A DNA stretch of 42,493 nt from the NCBI GenBank assembly GCA_964563205.1, contig CAZLWS010000003.1:5667-48159 (forward strand), given 5' to 3'. The number at the start of each line of letters is the position of its first letter. Positions within the stretch are counted from its first letter, which is position 1. Under the pieces are notes generated by a model, which was given only the letters and a program-made list of their open reading frames with translations, was not told the origin of the DNA and searched no databases. Position numbers and translations under genes: made by a program. This document shows positions 12,001 through 24,000 of the stretch, in pieces. Source of the DNA: an uncultured Propionibacteriaceae bacterium. GTDB taxonomy: Bacteria; Actinomycetota; Actinomycetes; Propionibacteriales; Propionibacteriaceae.

Positions 12001-15000
12001 TTGAAGTCCTTGGAGTCCACGACCTGGCCGGGCGCCGGGTTGACCACGGTGGCGGTGGTCTTGGCGAGGGTGAACCGCTCGACCTCGGCGGAGTTCAGCC
12101 GGCCGCCGGTGTCGGCGAAGCTGCCGGAGACGAAGGTGATGGTGTAGCTGCCCGCGGCGAGGGTTGCGCTGAACGAGTACCGGTAGGTGTCGGAGGAGCC
12201 GACCCGGACCGGGGCGCCAAGGGCGATCAGGTTGCCCGCGGCGTCCCGGAACTCGATCTCGCCGCCGTTGATGGTCGCGTGGTCGAGCTGGAAGCCGCTG
12301 GACGGACGGAAGACGATCTCCAGGTACTTCAGTGCGTTGAGGTAGTCCAGGCCGATGGTCTTGCCGTCGATCGGAGCGGGGGTGACCGCCCCGGTGTCGG
12401 GGTTGGTGGTGGAGTGCTGGCCGTCGCCGGTGGCGCCGACCACGGTGAAGCTGTCGGTCATGGCGCCCGCCGACGGTGGCGCCCGGGCCGGATCCTCGCC
12501 GAAGCTGGAGAGATCGAAGACCACGTTCACCGCGCCGGAGGCGAAGCTGCCGGTGAGCAGGTAGCGGTAGGTGGCGCCCGAGACCCAGATCGGGGTCTGC
12601 GGCAGCAGCTGGATGCTGCCCACGCCGGCGCCGGTGAGCGAGAACTCGTTGGGCAGGTCGGTGATGGAGCCGAGATCGAGGCCGTAGCCCAGGCCCGGCT
12701 TGAAGGTGATGTCGAGGTAGGTGGTCGCACCGGTGATCGAGACCGGGAAGGGCACGCGCTGGGCCTTGTCGGCGGCGTAGTCAGCCGCCTCGCTGGTGGT
12801 GCCGGCGACCGGCGAGCCGGCGACCAGCTGCGGGGTGACCCCGTAGCTGCCCTGCGGATCGACCGCGGCGTCGTCGGCGACCTTGCGGGCGCTCACGATG
12901 ACCGGGACGCCGAAGACTCCGTCGCCCAGGTAGATCAACTGACGGCTCTCGTCGATGGTGACCAGCACCCGCACCTCCACGCCGTTCTCGGTGCGGGTCT
13001 GGTTGAAGAGCTGGATGCCCGCGATGCCGGCGGCCAGGTCGGCGAAGTCGGCGAAGGTGAGCGACTCGGGGTCGAGGTTCAGGCCCGTGAGGTTGCTGAG
13101 CTTGATCTTCAGCACCGAGGAGCCGCCGGTGAGCGTCCACGGGGTCGGTTCCTCGGTGGTAGCGTCCGGGGCGCCGATGGTGGCCGAGCTGGTGAACGCC
13201 CAGGAGCCGGCGATCGGGGTGACCACGATCGTCCCGGTCTCGGCGAAGGCGCCGGTCACCCAGAACCGGACGGTCCAGCTGGTCGCGGTGGAGCTGACCA
13301 GGATCGGGGCGCGGTTGCCGTCCAGCACCGCGGTGCCGAGGCCGGTGCCGCTCAGCACGAACTCGGGGGCGAGGTCGAGCAGCGATTCCAGGTCGATGGT
13401 CTTGCCGCCGGCGGCGGTGAAGGTGACGTCGATCCAGGTCCGCCAGCCGCGGTTGTTGATGACGTTGATGTCGACGTTCGCGCCGGCGCCCGGGTCGGCC
13501 ACGGTCGCGGTGGCGCCGGTGACGGTGAAGGCGACGACCTTGGCCAGGTTGCCGGCGCCGGTGGTGGTGACGCCGTTGACGGTGACGTCGGCGTTCTTGA
13601 TCGCGTTGGCGGCGAAGCTGACGGTGACCGTGCCGACCGTCCACTTGTCGTCGGTGAGGCCGCCGACCGCGTAGCGGTAGCGGGTGACGCCGGCCGCGCC
13701 GATGCCGGCCTGCGTGAAGTAGTCGACGCCGGTGCCGGCGACCAGTTTCGCCTGGTCGGCGTTCGCGCCGGTCAGCACGTCGATCTGCTCGCCCCCGTGG
13801 ACGTAGTACGCCCGCCAGAGTTTCCGGTCGCTGCTGGTGGTGTCGAAGAGCAGAGGGGTGAACGCGATGCCGGTGGCGGTGGTGACGGCCAGGAACGGGA
13901 TCGGGACGCCGCCGACGGTGAGGGTGGTGTCACCGATCTTGACGGTGAACTCGGCCTGGGTGTCGAGGATGCTCGCCACGTCGAGGCTGGCGCCGTCCGG
14001 AGCCCGGAAGACCACGTCGATGAACGGGGCGCCGCCGTCGTTGACCAGCGAGACGTCGATGCTGCCGCCGCCCGCGGCCGGCCCGCCGACGTTCACGTCG
14101 GGGTTGGCGCCGGTGGCGACCGGATCCGGGGCGTCCAGCACGTCGAACTCGACGTCATTGCCGGAGGAGTCCTTGAAGCCCATCTTCAGCTTGCCGTAGA
14201 GGGTCAGGATGCGGACCTGGTCGGGGATGTCGGCCAGGAAGAGCACGGTGGCGTCGCCCTGGGCCACCTTCGACAGGTCGACGTAGAGCCTGCCGGAGAG
14301 CGAGATCTGGTTGGCGGCGAAGTTGAGCTTGCCGATGATCAGCATCTTGCCGTCGGTGGAGATCTTGACGATCACCTCGCCGTTGAAGACCTGCTCGGAG
14401 GTGAAGATCGAGTACACCTTCGCGCCGCCGGTGATCACCATCGGCGAGGTGAAGGCGGCCAGGAAGCCGCCCATGCTCGGGTTGGCGGCGACCGCCTTGG
14501 CCTGGTTCGCGACCGCGTTCTTCAGCGAGGTCAGCCAGGTGTCGGCGGATTCGGCGGTGGGCAGGTTGGCCACGCTGGAGCGCAGCTCGAACGGGTCGTT
14601 CAGCGACGGCAGCGTCTTGAAGAACTCCACGCCCGCGGAGAAGTCGTTCAGCACCAGGCCGATCTGCGGCACGATCATGACGCCGCCGGGCACCTCGACG
14701 TTGAGGAAGACCTGCAGCGGGCCCAGTTCGCTCAGGCCCACCCGGATCGTCAGCCCCATGCCGGCGATCGAGAAGCCGCCCTGGATGCCCATGAAGAAGA
14801 CCCGCTGGGCCACCGGGGTGGTGGTGTCGAACTCGCCGATGATCTGGAAGTTCGAGTCGAGCTTGAGGATGCCGCCGACCAGGCCCGCGTTGATCTCGCC
14901 GCCGAAGAGCTTGCCGGTGACGGTGACCGCGATGGACGAGATGCCGATGATCGGGAACTTGCCCTGGGCCAGCAGCGCCGGACGGATCTGGATGCCCTCG

Positions 15001-18000
15001 ATGGAGCCGGAGAACTGCAGCTGGTCCAGGCCCTGGATGCCGGTGATGCTGGCCGACAGCGAGAGGATGAAGTCGGCCGGGTCGTTCTCGATGTCGGGCC
15101 ACTGGATGCCGATGGCGTTGATCTTGACCGGCATCCAGCTCGGCCACTGGAAGGAGCCGCCGGTGGCCGAGCCGATGGCCAGGAAGACCCCGAAGCCGGG
15201 CCGGGTCTTGAAGTCGCCGTTGCCGGTGAAGCCGAAGTAGCGTCCCTCGCCGGTGAGCTTGACCGAGCCGATGCTGACGGTGGCGCCGACCGCGTCGAAG
15301 CTCACCAGCAAGTCGTCGGTGCCGACGGCGCCGGTGTCCAGCTGGAAGTTCCGGGCGGTCAGGGTGACGTAGGTGCCGATGACGATCTCGAGGGTGTCGA
15401 TGTTCAGCTGGAAGGCGTCGACATGGCCCTCGCTGAAGGTCAGCGCGATCCGGAAGGCCTCGTCGTCCGGGGTTCCGTCCGGGCGCACGTCGTCCGCGGT
15501 CTTGCGGTCGGTGAGAGACGCGCTGACCGTCTTGCCCGGGAACAGCTTGGCTCCGCCGGTGGCGATGTAGATCGAGCCGGTGAAGTCGCCGATCGGGTTG
15601 GCGGCGTCGAAGTTCACCTTCAGCCCGTTGACGCCGACCCGGATGTCGTCCAGTTCGAGGATGCCGGCCAGCCCGATCTTCGGCGAGGCCGAGGTCAGCT
15701 CGTTGCCGGCCTGGCCCGCGGGCAGGGTCGACCCGGCCGGACGGTAGGTCAGCTCGGCGGTGCCGAGGGTGAACCCGTTGTCGCGGATGGAGAGGCCGGG
15801 CACCAGCGCGGCGGGCACGGTCGACGGGTCGACGTCGTTGTTGACGCTGATGTTCGACTTCGCGTTCGGATCCCACGGCCGCAGCTTCCCGCTGATCCCG
15901 AACTTCGGCAGCGTGAGGTCGGCGGTGTAGATCCGGATGAGCTCCTGGCCGCGTGCCGCGGCCGGGTCGTAGCCGACCACGATGCCGGTGGCGGTCAGGA
16001 TCGCCACGTCGGGGATGATCGCCTCCAGCGAGCCGACCCGCAGCGACCACTTGCCGGTCGGCTCGATCCGGATGTTGCCCTGCAGCAGGCCGAAGACGTC
16101 CACCTTCAGGTCGAAGATGCCCATGATGCCGAGCAGGGTCACCGACGGCTGGTCCTTGGCCGGGGTGGTGGTCACCTGGGTCGGGGCGCCCGGGCCGCCG
16201 GTGTTGGCGGTCTGGTTGAAGTCGAGGGTGGCCCGGTCCAGGCTGATCGCGATCGACAGCACGACCATGCCGTCTTGGAAGCCGAAGTCGGCCAGGCCGA
16301 TGCTCGGGCCCTGCAGCGAGAGCGGACCGAGGTTCACCGAGCCGCCGGTGGTGGATTCGCCCGGCGCGGAGGGGTCGATCCGGAAGGTCTGGGTCTGGCC
16401 GGCCGCCCGCAGGTTGCCCAGCGGCGGCGCCCCGGCGGCGCCTTGGGAGTAGAAGTTGCCGACGAAGGTGAGGGTGATGTCGCCGGACTTGAACAGCGGG
16501 GTCGCGTTGGCGGTGTTGGCGTCCTTGAGGAAGTACCGGTAGGTCACCGAGGTGGCGCTGTCGGCCAGGCCGGCGATCAGCAGCGGCACGCCGCCGGTCA
16601 GGATCGGACGGTTGTTGAGCGTGGCGTCGGCGTTGCCGGAGGTCCGGGCCAGGTCGGCGACGCCGCTGCCGGTGAGCTGGAACGGCACGGTGGTGTTGAG
16701 CAGCACGTCTTTGCGGATCGGGGTGCCGTCCAGGCTGGTGTAGGTGACGTCGATGTAGCCCTGGGCGTTGAGCTGCGCGACCGTGATGGTGCCGCCGTTG
16801 GCGGGGCTGGCGACCGCGGCGACCGGTCCGGCCTCCTGCTGGACGACGGCGGTGCCGGGCTGGATGCCCGGGGTGAAGCGGACGAAGAACTCGTCCTCGC
16901 CCATGGCTGTGACGCCGGTCTGGGTGGCGAATGAGCCCGGCAGGAAGCGGACGGTGATCAGGCCCTCGGGCAGGTTCCCGCTGAGGGTGTAGGTCCAGAC
17001 GTTGCCGGTCTTGACCGGGGCGCCGACCGGCTGGACGGAGCTGACCGCGCCGTTGACCAGGATCTGGAACTCCGGATCGGCGTCGAGGATGGTGGCGTCG
17101 TTGATGCCGACGCCGTTGAGGTCGGTGTAGACGACCTTGAGCTGGTTGGTGGCCGGGGCGTCCGTGCTGCCCTTGTACGGCCCAGCCAGGTCGGCGGTCG
17201 GGAACAGCACCGAGTTGCCGGTGGTCGGCGTGGCCGAGGCGATGTAGTCGTTGGTCGGGAACAGCTTGAAGGCCAGCACCTTGAAGCTGTTCAGCCGGAA
17301 GCCGGTGGCCGAGCCGATCGTGAAGGAGGCGTGGCCCTGCAGGAAGGCGATGTTGGTTCCGCCCACCTTGATGGCGACGCCGACCGGGTTGAACACCAGG
17401 TCGAGGTCGCCCAGCGGCTGCCGGGTGAGGCTCAGGTTGCCGGTGATCTGGAAGACGTTCGCGACGCCGATGCTGACGCCGGTGGCCTGGAAGCCGAAGG
17501 CGTTGGCCGCGATCGCGCCGCTCATCGCCGCCAGGCCGTTCGGCAGGTCGGCGGCGATGGCGCCCGGGGTGAGGATCTCGCCGGAGGTGTTGATCGAGAA
17601 GTAGACGGTGCCGCTGACCGTCAGGCCGTCCAGGCCGAGCAGGGCGAACTGGCCGCGGGCTCGCAGCGCGAAGCCGGCGCCAGTCGCCGTCTTCACCTCG
17701 ATGGCGGCGTTGGTGATCAGCACGCCGATGGCGTTCGGGTTGTCGGAGCCGTCGTCGAGCTTGGACGGGCCGCGTCCGATGAAGATCTCCAGGCCGGCGC
17801 CGGAGAACATGCCGGAGGCGATCACGATCTGGCCGGCGCGGAGTTCGAAGAAGTCGCCGAGGTCGAGGGAGACGTTCTGGATGACGAAGGCGAACCGGTT
17901 GGCCGCGCCCACCTTGACGACCAGATTCTGGCCGCCGGCCGCGATGGTCTGGTCCACGTTGGCGCCGGTGGTGTTGACGGCGAAGCCGATCGAGGCGCCC

Positions 18001-21000
18001 AGCGCGAAGTCGCCGGCCGCGACCGCCACCTTGCCGGTCAGGACGCCGGCCACGCCGCCGGTGGCGGTGGTCGTGCCGGTCGCGGTGGTGGCGCCGGCCG
18101 GGAAGATGACCAGCGCGCCGCTGGCCGAGATCAGGCCCTGGCCGCTGCTGCCCGCGAGGGTCTCACCGGTGGCCGACTTCAGCGAGACGTTGTTGAGGCC
18201 GATCTTGGTGACCGCCGGCGTGCCGACCCGCTCGAAGGCCACGTCGCCGTGTAGCACGACGCCGCCGATGGTGAGGTCGACGCCCTCGGCGGCGACCCGC
18301 AGGTACGGGCCCCTGACCAGCTTCAGGGCGGTGGTCTTCGTCGTGCCGTCGTTGCCGAGGAAGGTGATGGTCTCGTTGACCGCCACCCCGAGGGTGTTCA
18401 CCTGGACGGAGAAGCTGCCGACGCCGACCTGCACCGGCAGGTTGATCACGTTGACCGAGCCGGAGAACTGGCCGGCGATGCCCGACGGGTTGATGAGCAC
18501 GGCGCCCTGGCCGCCGCGCAGCAGCACGCCGCGGTCGTTGAAGCTCGCGATGTTGCCAGTGGCGTAGGCGTCGGCGGCGCCGACTGCCTCGCCGAGGAAC
18601 ATCGTCACTTCGGTGAACCCGAGCCGGACGACCTTCGTGCCCGCGGCCGTCCGGGTCTGCTCGATGGCGACCACCGCGGAGACGGTCTGGCCGAAGAGGG
18701 TGACCGTGGCCGGGCTGCCCGGGGCGCCGAGCTGGACGCGGACGGTGTTGGCCGGCGCGTCGATCGACGCACTGACGCCGCCGATGGTCACGGTGCGGGT
18801 GACCCGCGCCGAGGTGGTGTTGAGCTGCAGCAGCACCGGCAGGTCCGCGCTGAACGGGAGCACTCCGGCGAGGTCGGGGGCGACCGTCAGTCGGGCGTTC
18901 AGGCTGGCCGCGATGCCGGCCGCGACGCCCGGCTGGGCCTTGGTGACCAGCAGTACGCCGGAGGTGACGGTGACCGTGACGAAGGTCTTGGAGCCGTCGC
19001 CCAGGGCGAGGGTGGCGTTGGTCAGCACGACCGCCACGTCGCCCGCCGCGTTCTTGGCGAAGCCGACGCCGCCCACGTTGAGCCGCTGGCCGGCGATCTC
19101 GATGGCGATGTTGGCGCCGGTGACCGCGATGCTGTTCGGCGCGACGACGGTTCCGTCCGTCAGCGTGTAGGAGCCGGGGCCGGTCAGGGTGCTCAGCAGC
19201 AGGCTGAAGGAGCCGCTGAAGGCGACCCCCGGCACATCGATGGCGACATTGGCCGAGAGCTTGCCGACGATGCCGCCGCCGGTGATGACGAAGGTGCCCT
19301 GGCCGTTGCTGACGACCACGACGTCCCGCTCCGGGGTGCCGAGCCGCAGGCTCAGGTTGGCGAAGCCGATGACGGTCTCGTAGGCCGGGGTGGCGGGGAT
19401 CTTGCCGCCGACCAGGACGGCGCGATGCTCGACGCTGAGGTCGGTGGTGAACCGCTGGCCGCCGAGTTCAAGGGCCAGGCCGGTGACGGAGGCCTTGAGG
19501 TAGTAGCCGGCCGGCAGGGTGAGCGTGGTGACGGCGCCGCCGGCCACGAACTGCTCGGAGACGGCCACCGGCAGGAAGGTGGTGGTCGAGCTGCCGTCCG
19601 CCCCGCGCAGCTGGTTGATGGCGACCGAGACGTTGACGGTGAGCCCGCCGATGCCGGTGCCGAGCCGCAGGCTGGCGCTCGCCGAGATCGTGCCGGCGAT
19701 GCCCTGCGGGGTGATCAGCAGCAGCGCGGCGCCGTCGCTCAGGCGCAGCCCCACGTCGTCGCCGGTGTCGGGAGTGCCCTGGTCGGCGCCGAGGAAGAGC
19801 CCGACCTTGGTGGCGGCGACCTTCAGGCTGATGACGTCGTCGGTGGTGCCCATGCGCTTGTCGGCGCCGGCGGTGGTGACCTTCTCGAAGGAGAAGACGC
19901 CGCTCAGCGACTGCCCGGCGACCGCCAGCACGAAGGGCTGCGCTGCAGTGCCCAGCTGAACCCGCAGGAAGCTGCCGGCCGGCAGGTCGAGGCCGAGGTC
20001 GGCGCGCTTGACTGCGGCCGGCGTGGTGTTGACCTCGACCGTGACCGGCGCCCCGGCGCCGACCGTGACGGGCAGCCCGACCAGGGCGACGTTCACCGAG
20101 ATCTTCGCCGCCAGGCCGGTGCTGGTCAGCAGGATCGTGGCGCTGCCGTCAGTCAGCCGCAGGCCGCGGTCGTCGGCCTCGCCGGCGCCGCCCGGGTCGC
20201 CGACGAAGAGGCTGACGCCGGTGGCGACGATGGTGGTCGCCTTCGCGGCAGCCGGGCCGGACTGCTTGATCCAGAAGCTGCCGACCAGGCGCTGGCCGGC
20301 GACCTCGAGGTAGGCGTTGGTCGCGCCCACCTGCAGGCTGGCGGCGTCGATGCCGTCGTGGGCGGCGGTGTCGGTGTTGATCCGCAGCCAGAGCTGGTCG
20401 CCGCCGAAGGCCACCCCCGGCACGTTGAGGGCGACCCGGACGCTCAGCTGGCCGAACAGGTGACGGTTCGGCGCGGCGCCGCCGAGGGTGAAGGAGCCGT
20501 TGATCTGGCTGAGCACGACGAGGTCAGTGACCCCGTCGCCGAGCCGCAGTTCGGCGTCCGTGATGACGATCTTGGTGGTGGATCCGTCCAGCTCGAAGGA
20601 GACCGAGCCGCGCAGGCTCTGGCCCATCACGGAGACGGTGACGTTCGTTCCGGCGACCTTCAGGTAGCCGCCCGCGCTCGCGGCCCGCAGGTTGAGGCTG
20701 GTGGTGACGCCCGCGAGGGTGACCGACTCGTTGATCGCCTGAGTGGTCCGGTTCACCACCAGGGAGAAGCCGCCCGACACCTGCACCGAGCTCGGCAGCA
20801 GGCCGGTCAGGTCGACGGCGCCGCTCAGCGAGCCGGCCAGGCCGCCGGCGACCGCGCCGGCCGGCGGAACCAGGACGAAGACGCCGTTGATGCTGTGCAG
20901 GATCGGGCTGGCGCCGCCCAGCTTGAGGCTGGCCCCGGCCACCGCGATCACGGTGCGCACGCCGCCGGCGCCGGCGGGCGCCCGGGTGACGCTGAACGAG

Positions 21001-24000
21001 CCGGCGATCTCGGCGCCGCCGATCACGATCTTCATGCCGGCGCCGGAGATGCCGACCTTGCCGGCGGCGGTGTCGATGTCGAACCGCAGCGAGTCTGCCG
21101 TCAGGTTCACTCCGGCGCCGAGGCTGAGCGAGGTCTGGGTGAGCGCCACCGAGCCGCGGACGCCGGCCGGGCTGAGGGTGAGCGCGCCGGAAAGGTTGAG
21201 GGCGCCGATCGGGTCGCCGAACTGGGCCTGCACCGCGAAGCTGATCGAGGTGACCTGGTTGAGGCCGACGGTCTCCTGCAGCACCGAGACGCTGCCCCGG
21301 AGCTCGAAGCCGCCGACCTTCACGGTGACGTTGCTGGCGCCGAAGCTGAGGCTGCCCGGGCCGAAGGTCAGCGCCAGCGCGCCGACGATCTCGATGCCGG
21401 GGATGTTCAGCGCCACGGTGCCGCTGACGTTGCCGGAGAGCCCGGTGGCGGCGACGGTCAGGTTGCCGGCGCCGTTGCTGAGCCGGACGAAGTCGGTGGC
21501 GCCGTTGCCGAAGGCGGCGGTCAGGTTGCTGAGCTGGACGCGGATCGTGCCGCCGGCGTCCTTCTCGAAGACCAGATCGGCGGTGACGCTCTGGCCGGCG
21601 ACGGTGAGCCGCAGCCCGGTGCCCGAGATCCGCAGGTACGGGCCGGCCGGCAGCGACAGCGAGGTCGCGACGCCGTCCACCGTCACGCTCGCCGAGACGG
21701 CGACGTCGGCGGTGTTGACGGCCACGCCGAGGGTGCCGGAGAGGCTCACCCCGCTGCCCGCCTTCAGTTCGATCGTGCCGCGGATCGTCCCGGCGAAGGC
21801 CGGCTTGAAGGTGGACGCGGCGCCGGCCGGAGCGTCGGCGGGCGGCGGCACCTCGATCTGACGCAGGGTGAAGAAGGCCTCGCCGCCGCTGAGCACGAGG
21901 CCGGCCGTGGCTGTGCCCAGGGTGAGGCCGACGTTGCGGGCGAGGATCTGCGTGGCGACCGGCGGCTTGGTGCCTGCCGGCGCGCCGACGGCGATCTGGC
22001 CGACCACCTGCGAGAAGAAGAAGACGCCGGTGAGGGTCTGGCCGGAGAAGCCGAGCTCCAGCGGGCTGGCGTCAGTGCCGAGCTGCACCGACACCGACTG
22101 CGCGGCGATGGTCTCGCCGTCGATGGACGCCGCCGAGGCACGGGTGTTGAGCCGCAGCTTCGCGGCGGCCCCGCCGCCGAGGGTGAACGGCAGGCCGGCG
22201 CCGGCGGTGACCGAGATGTCGAAGGCGAGCGCGACGCCCGCGGGGGTGAGGTCGATGGTTCCGGTGGCGATGGAGAAGGTGATCAGCCCGTCGCCGAAGG
22301 ACATGGTGAGCGGGTTGACGTCGGCCGGCGGCAGGTCGGGACGGGCGGCGTCGCCGAAGGAGATTCGGAGGCCGTCGCCCTGCACCGTGACGGCGATCGG
22401 TCCGCTGAGTTCCTGGCCGGCGATGCCGAGCGTGAGGTGGCCGACCACCCGGAGGTACGGGACGGTCGCGGCGCCCGCCGGGATGGTGAAGCCGGTGGAG
22501 CCGGCCGGGGCCGGGAAGGTCACCTGGGAGGTGGTGGTGTTGTACAGCACCTCTGCCTTGCCGGCGAGGGTGACTCCCGGGATGCCGACCAGTTCGATCG
22601 TGCCGCGGATGCCGAGCGACTTCAGGCCGCCGCTCTGGTCGGCCCAGCCCTCGACGTTGGTGATGTAGATGCCGCGGGCCAGCGGGTTGCGGGTGACCTT
22701 GTCGGCGAGGAAGCCGGGGCCCTGGCCGACGAAGATGGTCAGGTTGGTGACCGCGATCTGGGCGCCGGCGCCGGTGATGGTGCCGGAGATCTCGACGAAG
22801 TCGCCGAGCTTGAGGGTGGCGGTGACCTCGTACTGCAGGAAGGCCTGGTAGGCGGGCGTGGTGACGGCGACCTCGCCCGGCCCGAAGTCGAGCGGGATGT
22901 CGACGCCGTTCACGGTGATCTTGGTGTGCACCTCGCTGGTGCCGGTGTTGAACCGGACGGCGACTTCGGCGCCCACCGACGGCCCGGCGTCGATCTTGCC
23001 GCTGAAGACGCCCACCGGGTTCGCGCCGAGGATGAACGCTCCCCGCGCGCCGGTGACGGTGATGCCGGAGGCGCCGCCGACCGAGCCGCTGACGTTGTTG
23101 AAGCCGATGGCGATGACCGTCGTGCTGGCAGTGGCGGGCGGCGCCGGGGCGACGGTCGCCACGCTGACCAGGAAGTCGCCGCTGAGCACCACGCCGGAGG
23201 CGCCGCCGACGGTCACCGAGAAGGATGCCAGCTCGACGGCGAAGAACGGCCCGGCCTGGATCTTGCCGCCGGTGGTGCTCAGCGGGTCGTCCGCCTCGAC
23301 GGCGGTGGTGTTGATCGCGAAGGAGAAGACGCCGGTGCTGCCGAACTCGATCGGGCTGCCGGGGAGGTTGAAGGTCGGGATGCCGCCTTGCAGCCGGCCC
23401 ACGATGCCGGCGGCGGTGATCGAGAAGGCGCCGTCCCAGCCGGCGGCCGCGACGATGCCGCCCAGGTTGAAGCCGACGCCGGTGAAGGCGAGCTTGACCG
23501 AGCCGTCGCCGGCCACCTCGATGGTGAGCGTGGTGGCTTCCAGCCGGACCGCCGGGGCGGTGGCCGGGTCGTCGCCGCCGATGCCGACCAGGATCTTGGT
23601 GTTGGCCGGGGTGCGCGCCGCGACGGTCACCGAGACCTTCGGGTCGCTGCCGGTGGCGGCGGTGTCGAAGGCGACGGTGGCGGCGCCGTCGATCGCGATG
23701 CCGGGCACGGTCACCTGCAGGCCGGCGCTGAGGTTGCCGGAGACGCTGCCCGGGGTGGTGGTCGCCGGGTTGATCAGCAGGAAGCCGGTGATGTTGGTGG
23801 CTTTGATCAGTTCGCCGCCGAGCGAGACCGAGCCCTTGCTGATCTCGATGCGGGTCTGCGGCGGGGTGGTCGGGCTGGCGTCGTGGTCGACCTGCTTGAT
23901 GACGAGGTTGCCGGTGAGCTCGACGCCGGCGACGCCGATGACGATGTTCGTCCCGGTGATCCGCAGCGTGTCGCCGGCCTTGAGCTCCAGCACGGTGGTG

